Shown here: positions 20,723 through 29,848 of the stretch, in pieces
Position numbering within the stretch: position 1 is the stretch's first letter
How the letters are laid out: each line of letters opens with the position of its first letter
NCBI GenBank assembly: GCA_963668315.1
Contig: OY764216.1
Coordinates: forward strand, 4,576,001 to 4,640,000
DNA length: 64,000 nt
Source of the DNA: Spirochaetia bacterium
GTDB taxonomy: Bacteria > Spirochaetota > Spirochaetia > DSM-2461
Reading direction: 5' to 3'
The notes under the pieces: model-generated
What the model was told of the DNA's origin: nothing
Database searches by the model: none
The model's input: only the letters and a program-made list of their open reading frames with translations
Program-made: the position numbers and the translations under genes

Positions 20723-20831
20723 TATAGCCTCCCGGGAAGATTATAGAGGAAATAGTTAGATCTTACAATCATAATTATGCATGCCTAATGCTGTCGACAT
20801 ATCACCCAAAAGAAGGATTTTCCCCAAGACA

Positions 20832-20874
20832 CCGTTCAGATGACCTTCCTTTGAAATGACAGCCATCTGAACGG
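20832..20874 (-). terminator. Hairpin after the ABC pair
   Basis: ccgttcagatg...catctgaacgg. Confidence 0.5.
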
Positions 20875-20890
20875 AAAGCTTCCTGCCTTT

Positions 20891-22624
20891 TTAACTTGCC
20901 TTATATTGTCGATTCAACATGGAAGAGAAGAATCCTTCCTTATCACGCAAATCACCGGGAGTCCCCGTTTCGGCGACGGAACCGTCTTTTATTACGACGA
21001 TTCTATCGGCGCCGAGAACCGTTCTCATCCTGTGGGCAATAATCAAAACCGTTTTATCCTTAATCAATTCGCTTAAAGCTGACTGTATGCGGCTTTCGTT
21101 TTCCGCATCCAGCGAGGCGGTCGCCTCATCGAGAAGAATAATCGGCGCATCCTTTAAAATGGCTCTTGCGATGGAAATTCTCTGTCTTTCACCACCGGAA
21201 AGTTTTTCCCCGTTCTCTCCTATCATGGTATCGTACCCCTGAGAGAGTCTGCTGACAAAATCATCGCACTGGGCTAGTTTGGCTGCGCGAATGACTTCTT
21301 CGTCCGTGGCGTCTTTCTTTCCCAACCTGATATTGTCCCGGACAGTCGTATTAAACAGCGTAACATCCTGGAACACAATGGAAAACTTCCTGAGCAGCGT
21401 TTCCGGATCGACAAGGGAAATATCCTTTCCCCCCAGGGTAATTCTACCCCTATCGATATCCCAGAATCTGGCCGAAAGTTTTGCGGCGGTACTCTTGCCG
21501 CCGCCCGAAGGACCGATCAAAGCCGTGACGTCCCCTTGCCTGGCTGTAAAATTAACATTCTTAAGCGTCTGGATTCCCTCTTCATAGGAAAAATCCACAT
21601 TATGGAACTGGATATCATAATTCTCCGGCTGGAAATCGGTCGTCCCCTCCTGCCGGGGCATATGGTCCATCTCCTTCATTCTGGCGATTCTGACCTTAAG
21701 GAATATCAAAAGCGCGAAATGATCCATCGTCTCCATTATCGGGTTATAGATTCTTCCGGCCAGTATGATAAATACCAGATAGGTGAATATGCCGATGGAA
21801 CCGGAGGAAAGCAGATAGGCTCCCGCGATAATGACGCTGGGAAGCCCCAGCTTAAGAAAAACATAGGAAAGATTAATCAGCGCACCTATGAGAAGCTCCG
21901 CCTTAATCATAATCTTTTCGTAAGCCTTAAGTTCCGAATCCAGATTATCCGAATAGTCTTTCTCCTTATTGCAGGATTTGATTTCATGGATAGACTCCAG
22001 TCCCTCCTGCATTTCATCGGAAATATTTCTTTTGACCACATAGAGATTCTCATGGGTTTTCTTCTGATATTTACTGGACAGCAGGAATACAAGGGCCGCC
22101 ACAGGCACCACCCAGAGCGCGGCCAAAGACATCTTCCAATTATAGAAAAACATGAGTACTCCCATAATCAAAACATTGACTACCGCCGCATAGATTTGAG
22201 GGACGGCATGGGAGAAAAGCATCTCTATCTGGGTGGCATCTTCCATGATGGTACTGCTCAGGTCGGCGATATCTTTCTTGCCGAAGAAAGCCAGGGGCAG
22301 TTTTCTCAAAGTTTCCCCCAGGCTGATTCTCCGTCTGGCGCTCTCCTCGTATATCTTCGTATAGGTGGAATTGTACTGGAGATAGGCAAGGACCGTCATA
22401 ACGATAAGCATGATAAGCGAAATCAGCCCATAGGAAAGAAACCCTCCTGCTTTCAGTGTCTCTATATTCAAGAGGGGGCCCAGATATTCATTCAGAAACT
22501 GAAATCCCAAAATGACCGGCAGCATAAAACTCAAGTCTAAAGCGATAGTCCAGAGGACCGAGTGAAAAAAATCCCGGGCTCCCTTCTCTGACATGGCGTA
22601 TTTTTGTTGGAAATATCTAATCAT
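20891..22624 (-). CDS. Fused ABC permease/ATPase (IrtB/YbtQ-like)
   Basis: TMD plus GPSGGGKST, LSGGERQR, LLDEATASLD. Confidence 0.9.
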   Translation of the reverse strand: MIRYFQQKYAMSEKGARDFFHSVLWTIALDLSFMLPVILGFQFLNEYLGPLLNIETLKAGGFLSYGLISLIMLIVMTVLAYLQYNSTYTKIYEESARRRISLGETLRKLPLAFFGKKDIADLSSTIMEDATQIEMLFSHAVPQIYAAVVNVLIMGVLMFFYNWKMSLAALWVVPVAALVFLLSSKYQKKTHENLYVVKRNISDEMQEGLESIHEIKSCNKEKDYSDNLDSELKAYEKIMIKAELLIGALINLSYVFLKLGLPSVIIAGAYLLSSGSIGIFTYLVFIILAGRIYNPIMETMDHFALLIFLKVRIARMKEMDHMPRQEGTTDFQPENYDIQFHNVDFSYEEGIQTLKNVNFTARQGDVTALIGPSGGGKSTAAKLSARFWDIDRGRITLGGKDISLVDPETLLRKFSIVFQDVTLFNTTVRDNIRLGKKDATDEEVIRAAKLAQCDDFVSRLSQGYDTMIGENGEKLSGGERQRISIARAILKDAPIILLDEATASLDAENESRIQSALSELIKDKTVLIIAHRMRTVLGADRIVVIKDGSVAETGTPGDLRDKEGFFSSMLNRQYKAS

Positions 22625-22636
22625 TTTTCTCCTCCC

Positions 22637-24430
22637 TCAGCTTAAAACCACAGATTTTTCGCCGATCTTCCATACGGCCGATTCCTGATACTCATCCCAC
22701 ATTCTCCGATAGAGACCGTCCTTTATAAGCAGTTCGTCATGGGATCCCTCTTCGGCGATCCTTCCCCGGTCTACCACGATAATTCTGTCGGCATCGGTAA
22801 CGCTCGTCAGCCTGTGAGCAATCATCAGAGTCGTTTTGCCCTGTCCCAGCGAAACCAGTGCCTTGCGGATAAGATGCTCGTTTTCGGGATCGGCAAAGGC
22901 CGTGGCCTCATCCAGCAGAACGATGGGAGAGTTTTTCACCATGGCCCTCGCCAGGGCTATCCTCTGTTGCTCTCCGCCAGAAAGATAGGTGCCTTTCGTG
23001 CCGATCTCTGTTTCCAGTCCGTCTCTGAGATTCTCAATAATCTCCCTGGACTGGGACAGATCAACCGCCCTTTCTATATCAGTCTCTCCTGCCGATTCAT
23101 TACCGAATAGGATATTTTCGCGAAGGGTTCCTTTTCTCAGCTTCGTCGTCTGGAAAACGAAAGAAACCTTATTCATAAGCTGCTCTTTGGGAATATCTTT
23201 AACGTTAACCCCTCCGACAAGCACATCGCCCGAATCGGAGTCCCAGAACCTGGCCGCCAGTCTGGCTATGGTCGTTTTCCCTCCCCCCGAAGCACCGACA
23301 AGGGCGACAGTTTCCCCCTCATTGATCTTGAAACTGACCCTGTCTACAGCCGGCTTATCCGTTCCGTCATAGGAAAAAGTGACATTCCGGAATTCCACGC
23401 TGTTCTCATAAATCTCCGCATCCACTTCAATGAACTTCATTTCCGGATATGCCAAAAGCGCTTCGAGCCGGTCTATCGCCTGTTCCGCGATAAGAGAATT
23501 CTGCCGGAAATGCATACTTTTCATCATAAGCAGGGCGAACTGGGGAGAGATAATCAGGTAAAGAATAAAATCCGCCAGGACCACGGCCGGGGCTCCTCCC
23601 CGTCCGATAAGGAGAATGGCCATGGGAACAAGGAAGAACACGGCCGCCTGCATGATCGCCGTATAGAAGGACATGGGGCCCCTCCATAGCAATGTGTAGG
23701 CAAGAACCATCTCCTTGTACCTGATAATGCTGTCATGGAATCTCCTAAAAGAGAAAAGGGACTGACCGAAGGTCTTGACCACGGGAATACCCCGTATGTA
23801 CTCAACCGATTCGGCACTCATTTCCTCAAGGGAATCGTAGTAAAGCTTCTGGAATTTCTGCCCCTCCGCCGTCATCATGAAGCTCATGGTTACGAAGCCG
23901 AGGAGTACGGGGACAAGCGAGGCGAGTCCCATCCTCCAGTCAAAGAGAAAGATCATGCCCAGCAAAATGATCGGTGATATAACCGAACCGGCGAGGTCGG
24001 GCAGCTGATGGGCGAGATAGGAGTGGGTCGTTCCCGCGCCGTCATTCACGATTTTCCTTATTTTTCCTGTGGAATATTTATCATAAAACCCGAGAGGCAT
24101 GGCGATAAGCGCTCTCATCCCCTTCTCCTGCATGCCCACTTCCACCCGGAAAGCGGCGAGATGGGAACTCATAAGCGCGAAGAAATAGATGACGACCCCT
24201 CCCAGAGCACTGGCAAAAGCGAGCCAGGCATAGGTCCCGATGGACGAGAAATCGGCTGTAATAGCTCCCGACAGAACCTCCCGAACGATAAACCAGACCA
24301 GAATAAAGGGCATAAGATTCAATATGGCAGACAATCCCGAAAGAAAAAGGGAAAGGGGCAATAGGGCTTTCTTCCTTCCCATATAGGGCAGGAATCTTTT
24401 TAACAAGTGCTGTTTTCTTTGCTTAGGCAT
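22637..24430 (-). CDS. Fused ABC permease/ATPase (IrtA/YbtP-like)
   Basis: SHLAAF, LAHQLPD, VEYIRGIPVVKTFG, LLDEATAFADPENE. Confidence 0.9.
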   Translation of the reverse strand: MPKQRKQHLLKRFLPYMGRKKALLPLSLFLSGLSAILNLMPFILVWFIVREVLSGAITADFSSIGTYAWLAFASALGGVVIYFFALMSSHLAAFRVEVGMQEKGMRALIAMPLGFYDKYSTGKIRKIVNDGAGTTHSYLAHQLPDLAGSVISPIILLGMIFLFDWRMGLASLVPVLLGFVTMSFMMTAEGQKFQKLYYDSLEEMSAESVEYIRGIPVVKTFGQSLFSFRRFHDSIIRYKEMVLAYTLLWRGPMSFYTAIMQAAVFFLVPMAILLIGRGGAPAVVLADFILYLIISPQFALLMMKSMHFRQNSLIAEQAIDRLEALLAYPEMKFIEVDAEIYENSVEFRNVTFSYDGTDKPAVDRVSFKINEGETVALVGASGGGKTTIARLAARFWDSDSGDVLVGGVNVKDIPKEQLMNKVSFVFQTTKLRKGTLRENILFGNESAGETDIERAVDLSQSREIIENLRDGLETEIGTKGTYLSGGEQQRIALARAMVKNSPIVLLDEATAFADPENEHLIRKALVSLGQGKTTLMIAHRLTSVTDADRIIVVDRGRIAEEGSHDELLIKDGLYRRMWDEYQESAVWKIGEKSVVLS

Positions 24431-24494
24431 TCTTTCCTCCTTTGAAGCCTTGTAGACAAAATAATTCTTCGACCTCTTGATACTTCATCTCCGC

Positions 24495-25607
24495 TTACTC
24501 CCTGGGATAGACAAATTGACCGTGATTGATTACGTCTGCGTCAACTTTTAGAAAGCGGTCGAAGTATTCCTGATGTAATTCGGCGGGATCCATCTGAGCA
24601 AACAGGTCGGGATGGAACCACTTTGCCAGATAGGAAAAGCCGATGATGTGCCGGGACGTTCCGAAGAATTCATCGGCGAGCATATAGACTCTATTATTCA
24701 TCACGGCGGCAGAACCGACAAAATAAGGTAATTCCATGACCCTTTCCCGATATTCGGCCAGACGGCCGGTATCATCGACCAATGGACCGTATCCGTCGAT
24801 AAGGGGATCTCCGATAATCAGGACGTCAAAATCCTGCTGCGCCACCCATTCCGGATCGATGGAGGGAACCCATCCCCCCTGGGAAGGGAGATCGGCGGCA
24901 ATGTTGACAGCTCCGGAAAAGCGGTTTCTCGCGGGAACATAGGACATGTCGTTGCTGAAGGTCATCAAGTCCTCCACGCTTCCGTAACCGGTCTTATAGA
25001 ACATTGAGGTTTTGTCCTCTTCTTTAAGTGCTCCCGTCTTTTCCAGGATTGCACTCTGAACGCTCTTAACCCAGAAGGAAAAATCTTCCGCTTCTTTCTC
25101 TTTCCCAAGCAACTGCCCCAGAATCTCAAAGCTGTGGAACATTTCCCCCGGATCGTAGGTCTTCACGGTGACCACGGGAATAATTCCCTCCAAGTCGGCG
25201 AGTAGCTCTTCAATGCCGGGCATGGGAATGACTTCGAGAATGAGCAGATCGGGATTAAGATCGAGGAGCGCTTCCAAATTAGGAGTATAGGGTCCCTCCA
25301 TCATTTCCGTAACGGCCGGTAAGGAATCTATACCGGGAAAAATCAATTCGTCATGGGTGTATCCGTCTCTCCCGACAACTTTGTCCCAGGCTCCGAGAAC
25401 CTTCAGAGCCTCGGCGCTCGCATAATGGGTGAAAGCAACTCTTTCAACCGGAATCTGAACCTTGACCGTTCTGCCGAGGCAATCGGTAACGGAAACGGTA
25501 TCTTCCCCATGATCTCCGTCTTTTTCCAAGTTTTCAGGACTCCCTCCGCAATAGAGGGAAATCCCGGCGGATAAAAACATAACAAGTGAAATCGTCCATC
25601 TTTTCAT
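24495..25607 (-). CDS. Iron-siderophore/corrinoid-type ABC substrate-binding protein
   Basis: Start set at MKRW (RBS aaggag); TDCLGRTV, PNLEALLDLNPD, AKWFHPDLF. Confidence 0.85.
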   Translation of the reverse strand: MKRWTISLVMFLSAGISLYCGGSPENLEKDGDHGEDTVSVTDCLGRTVKVQIPVERVAFTHYASAEALKVLGAWDKVVGRDGYTHDELIFPGIDSLPAVTEMMEGPYTPNLEALLDLNPDLLILEVIPMPGIEELLADLEGIIPVVTVKTYDPGEMFHSFEILGQLLGKEKEAEDFSFWVKSVQSAILEKTGALKEEDKTSMFYKTGYGSVEDLMTFSNDMSYVPARNRFSGAVNIAADLPSQGGWVPSIDPEWVAQQDFDVLIIGDPLIDGYGPLVDDTGRLAEYRERVMELPYFVGSAAVMNNRVYMLADEFFGTSRHIIGFSYLAKWFHPDLFAQMDPAELHQEYFDRFLKVDADVINHGQFVYPRE

Positions 25608-25638
25608 AACTGTTCTCCTTAATATTCCTATTTTCTTT

Positions 25639-27003
25639 TTAGACCGATAGGCGCCGGTCAAGGGGTTTCATATACTTCAGCTCTCTCAATTCTCCGGCAA
25701 CGAGAAAAAGTCCTAAAACTGTAACAAGCCCATCACCCAATGGATAGGAAAGCCACATCCCCGTTTCACCCATGAGACGGGGAAGAGCAATGGCCAGAGG
25801 TATAAAGAAAAGGATTTGCCGGCCTAGTGTGATAAGTGCCCCTTTACCGGCTTTTCCCAACGCCGTGAACAGCATGATGCAAACAGCGATAAAGCCATAA
25901 AGGATAAAACTCGACATGAATGTACGAAATCGCTGGACTCCCTGAACCACTATGGAACCGTCGGTTATAAACCAGGAGAGAATGAAAGGAGCGAAAAGCT
26001 GAAAACACGCCCATAGACAAAGGGTAATAGCCATGGCAATTCGTCCGAAATACCAGAAAGCTCTGATAACTCTTTCATACTGCCCCGCGCCATAATTCGT
26101 ACCGAGAACCGGTTGTAGCCCATAGGAAATACCGAATACTGGAATATAGAAGAAACTCATTACCCGAAATGAAGCACTCATGACAATATTGCTTCCCTCT
26201 CCGTATTGAGAACTCAGAGAAAGAAGAATAGAAAGTTGTAAAGCCACGGCTATGGACATGACCATCCCCGAAAGCCCTATCATAAGGCTCTCCGCTAGCA
26301 AAGATAAGGAGAGACTGAAACTTTTCCTCTCTAAGCAGAGCACAGAACGTTCGGAAGTAAGATGCAACATATCACCGACGACGATAAGCGCCTGGCCTAT
26401 GATGGTCGCCACGGCTGCTCCTTCCACTCCCATCCCGAAAAACTCTATGAAAATCGGATCAAGTATAATGTTCGCGATTGTTCCCGAAGCCATTATCGAC
26501 ATGGCCTTCTTCATTTGTCCTTCCCCGCGGATAAGAAAATTCATTGCCGGTCCCAGGGCTCCGAAGATAAATCCGAGGGAGAGCATATCCAGATATTTCT
26601 CGCCGAGAACTAGAATAGTACCGCTGGCACCAAATAGCTGAAGGATTTCTTCTGAAAAACTCCTGACCACAAGGGTCAGAAGGATGGAAAAGATAGAGAC
26701 TGGCCAGAAAACGATTCCGAATAGGGAATCCATGATCTTCCTGTCTTTTGCTCCCATAGCCCGGGAAAGCAATGACATGGCTCCCGTAGCGAATAAGCTC
26801 AAAATTGCCTGGTTCACAAGAACGACCGCGTACCCCATCGTTACAGCCGAAACGGCTTCGGGGCCAACGAACTGTCCGACGAAAATGCTGTCGACCAGAT
26901 TATATAACCCGATCACCAGCATTCCGATCATCCCGGGAACGGCCATTTTTACAAAAAGCCTTCCCATGCTTCCCGTAAGAAGCTCCTGCCTATTATCATT
27001 CAT
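25639..27003 (-). CDS. MATE family efflux transporter
   Basis: LYNLVDSIFVG, NIILDP, GVEGAA.AT, NYGA. Confidence 0.93.
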   Translation of the reverse strand: MNDNRQELLTGSMGRLFVKMAVPGMIGMLVIGLYNLVDSIFVGQFVGPEAVSAVTMGYAVVLVNQAILSLFATGAMSLLSRAMGAKDRKIMDSLFGIVFWPVSIFSILLTLVVRSFSEEILQLFGASGTILVLGEKYLDMLSLGFIFGALGPAMNFLIRGEGQMKKAMSIMASGTIANIILDPIFIEFFGMGVEGAAVATIIGQALIVVGDMLHLTSERSVLCLERKSFSLSLSLLAESLMIGLSGMVMSIAVALQLSILLSLSSQYGEGSNIVMSASFRVMSFFYIPVFGISYGLQPVLGTNYGAGQYERVIRAFWYFGRIAMAITLCLWACFQLFAPFILSWFITDGSIVVQGVQRFRTFMSSFILYGFIAVCIMLFTALGKAGKGALITLGRQILFFIPLAIALPRLMGETGMWLSYPLGDGLVTVLGLFLVAGELRELKYMKPLDRRLSV

Positions 27004-27153
27004 TTTCCTTCACCTCACGATTCCCTTTTTCACTGGATAATCCTCCCGTTACTAATTTCAATTCTGTACTGCATGAATAAGTATTACACACTCCTAATGG
27101 GTGTATACTTATATTACATTGTTAGCTTTGACTAACTTTGTGACTAAAAAAAA

Positions 27154-27780
27154 CTACACTTCACCCCCCAGAAACAAAGAATAACTATGCCGAACGAGAG
27201 AAGCGATAAGCTTGATGTAGGAGTCCAAATCACCAGAGTCAGGCTCATGAACCAAAATCTCTTCAATAAATCGCAAATAAAGAGAAGCCATAGTATGTAT
27301 AAACATCTCTGCATAACTTCCCTCTCGATCCACACTGCTTTTAGGGCAACAGAGGCAGGTTTCATAGGCGCTTTTCGTATAGATTTCAAAAATCTCTTCA
27401 CGGAAATTTCCCAGGGATGACCCGGCAGAGTGCAAAAATAGCAGCTCCAGCTCATCTCTTCGCTTAAGAAGATTTTCTATATACTGAAGGAATTCTTTCT
27501 GACTCGTCTCTATCGCTTCCTTACCGGCATCCAACATCCCCCCGAGAAATTCCTCATCTTCATGGGGTTTAATGGTGGCCTTTAAAAAATCATAGGCCGG
27601 AGAGGCAAGCTCCCGAAAAAGCTCATCCTTGCTACCGAAATAGGTATAGATATTGCCCTTTGTTACTTCCGCTCTGTCGGCAATACGTCTGAGAGAGGCT
27701 TTCTCAAATCCATACTCGAAAAATTCCTTTGAGGCGGATAATAGGATTTTCTCCCTGACTTCTTCCTTTTTTATCTGCAT
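27154..27780 (-). CDS. TetR/AcrR family regulator
   Basis: MQIKKEE, GFEKASLRRIA, GNIYTYF.SKDELF; imperfect palindrome at 27795-27817 upstream. Confidence 0.9.
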   Translation of the reverse strand: MQIKKEEVREKILLSASKEFFEYGFEKASLRRIADRAEVTKGNIYTYFGSKDELFRELASPAYDFLKATIKPHEDEEFLGGMLDAGKEAIETSQKEFLQYIENLLKRRDELELLFLHSAGSSLGNFREEIFEIYTKSAYETCLCCPKSSVDREGSYAEMFIHTMASLYLRFIEEILVHEPDSGDLDSYIKLIASLVRHSYSLFLGGEV

Positions 27781-27863
27781 GACATATCTTTTCCAATAAA
27801 TACCATCGGTCATTATTAATATCCCTTAACAGATGTTTAGTCAAGTATGGAATGGACTGACAT

Positions 27864-29063
27864 TCAAAAACTGATACTTCCCCTGATCCAAAGAGCTGAA
27901 ATTTCTTCCATGGAACCGAATGCGCCGTCGCCTGTCGGCCCCGGAAGATAAAGATCGCATCCTAATGTGCCATGGAAACCATCGGATATATCCCACTCGG
28001 TTTCAAAAGAGGAAGCGCTGTCTCCATCAACCAGGTGTACCATGGATGATAACGTAACGGTGACAATTTCACAGAACAGTGTTTTGGATACATTTAGAGT
28101 ACAAGCCGGTTCTCTCAGATTGCGGGTGTATGTGTCGTTGCTGGAAAGAATGATATCTTCATAATACTGGGCGGTAAGAGTCCAACCGCCAGAAGGATTC
28201 CAATCTAAACCGGCAAGGACAAGAATCTGCGTCTCTTCCCCGTAACCGGAACCGTTTGAATATTCAAAGCGCTCCCCCCCGATCAAGGCCCCTTCACCCC
28301 GCAGAAGAATAGCCCTGACCGGTACTGCCATATCGACCCCACCCATTATTATGCGGTAGTATTCCGGGGTCAGCCTTACCATTGAGCCGTCCAATTCACT
28401 GATGAACACCGCATCATCTTCCCAGCCGGAAAAACAGGAAAAACTTAAATCCATGAAGGGCAGGAAAAAAGAGAGATGGGCTGCCCATTCACTTTCTGAT
28501 AACTTGTCGGGACGATTCCCCTCATCCACTTCGTGATCGGCTTCTCCGGGAAAATAGAGGGAATAATAGGGGTCGTTCTCATCTTCAGGCAGCTCAGAAG
28601 GGGAAAACAGGGGAATCCAGACGGCTTCCGCCGTGTAGGATATACCAAACTGCCTTAACTTAATACCGCTTACCGGCTGAACATCCCCCCGATAGTCCCG
28701 GGGGCAGAGAATATCGGTTATTTGAATCCCATCGGCTTTCCCCCAGGAGATTACCTGCCGTCCAGCCCTGATATCGAATGAGGCGCCGCTGTATTCAAGA
28801 AAGACATCTCCCAGAGTTACATGGCTGTCTTCGGGAACGAGAAGGTCATATTCTCCCTGTAACTCCGCCTTGATAAACAACGGGCCTCCATATCCCTCCC
28901 ACAGAGGAGAGAAACGTACCTCCGAAGCTGAGACGGCCTGCGGCTCCCGTAGAAACCCTCCGTAAAGAATATCCAGGTCACCGCCGAAATCCCAATCGGT
29001 CTGTGCCGTCAGTGATAATGCAAAGAAAATGAAGATAAAAACGACAGAACAAAGACTCCTCAT
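27864..29063 (-). CDS. Putative outer-membrane beta-barrel protein (DUF1302-like)
   Basis: Signal peptide, GRQVISWGKADG motif, C-terminal Phe. Confidence 0.7.
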   Translation of the reverse strand: MRSLCSVVFIFIFFALSLTAQTDWDFGGDLDILYGGFLREPQAVSASEVRFSPLWEGYGGPLFIKAELQGEYDLLVPEDSHVTLGDVFLEYSGASFDIRAGRQVISWGKADGIQITDILCPRDYRGDVQPVSGIKLRQFGISYTAEAVWIPLFSPSELPEDENDPYYSLYFPGEADHEVDEGNRPDKLSESEWAAHLSFFLPFMDLSFSCFSGWEDDAVFISELDGSMVRLTPEYYRIIMGGVDMAVPVRAILLRGEGALIGGERFEYSNGSGYGEETQILVLAGLDWNPSGGWTLTAQYYEDIILSSNDTYTRNLREPACTLNVSKTLFCEIVTVTLSSMVHLVDGDSASSFETEWDISDGFHGTLGCDLYLPGPTGDGAFGSMEEISALWIRGSISF

Positions 29064-29848
29064 CTGATCCTGCCTCTTTCCAGTGTCGCCACTGCGAAAA
29101 GTGTGTCCTGGACAGGTATGTTAAACTGGACATCGTCAAATTCAAGAATAGTCCTGTGGGCCTTCTGGAGATTATTCATCTCCATACGCCTTGCGGTCCA
29201 GACTCCGTTAATCTCCTCTATCTCAGAACTCTCCAGGATCTTCATGAGATTGCCCTGCCTGTCATAGAACTCGACTTTTACGGGAATAAGCACGTCTTCC
29301 CGTATCCAGCTGACCTTTTTGGAATAGATGTATCCGCTTTCCAGGGGAGTAGACTCAACAACCCAGCAGGGTTCTCCGCAGACATTCTCTTCCTTCAGGA
29401 ACTCATGCCTGTCCTCCTCCACATCCCTGTCACCCATATCGTCATAGGTGAAATCGGTGCCCATGAAGTAGTCATTCCGCGAAGATCCGGAAATTCGCCT
29501 GGACTTCCTCACGGCGGGAAGAAAAAGCCACGTGTCATCATCCCGGCCCCTTTCATCATAGGAGTAGGAAAGATACCCCACTCCCTCCACATCTGCCGGC
29601 TCCCTGAAAACCATGACCGTTTTCTCGTCCTCCCCGTACTTTTTTGTATAGGACAGCATGCTTCTTACCCTTTCGCTGTTCCGGTCATTGATAAGCTTTA
29701 TTGTAGTTATCTGCTTTCCCGAGTCTCCGCCGTAACGCCCGTCCACTTTATTCATGATCTCCTCTCCACTCAAAGAATCGGCCGAGGCCGAAATCAGCGG
29801 AAAGGCCAATAGTGCCAATGGCATAATTACTTGTAAAACCCTTTTCAT
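29060..29848 (-). CDS. Outer membrane lipoprotein-sorting (LolA-like) protein
   Basis: PADV.G...L, DD.WL.LPA..K.RRI, FMGTDFTY.D motifs. Confidence 0.88.
   Translation of the reverse strand: MKRVLQVIMPLALLAFPLISASADSLSGEEIMNKVDGRYGGDSGKQITTIKLINDRNSERVRSMLSYTKKYGEDEKTVMVFREPADVEGVGYLSYSYDERGRDDDTWLFLPAVRKSRRISGSSRNDYFMGTDFTYDDMGDRDVEEDRHEFLKEENVCGEPCWVVESTPLESGYIYSKKVSWIREDVLIPVKVEFYDRQGNLMKILESSEIEEINGVWTARRMEMNNLQKAHRTILEFDDVQFNIPVQDTLFAVATLERGRIR

Noticed and set aside
21536..22540. 334-aa plus-strand ORF and other long shadow ORFs (e.g. 29156, 31348, 34036, 35595)
   Set aside because: Antisense to well-supported genes, with no recognisable motifs
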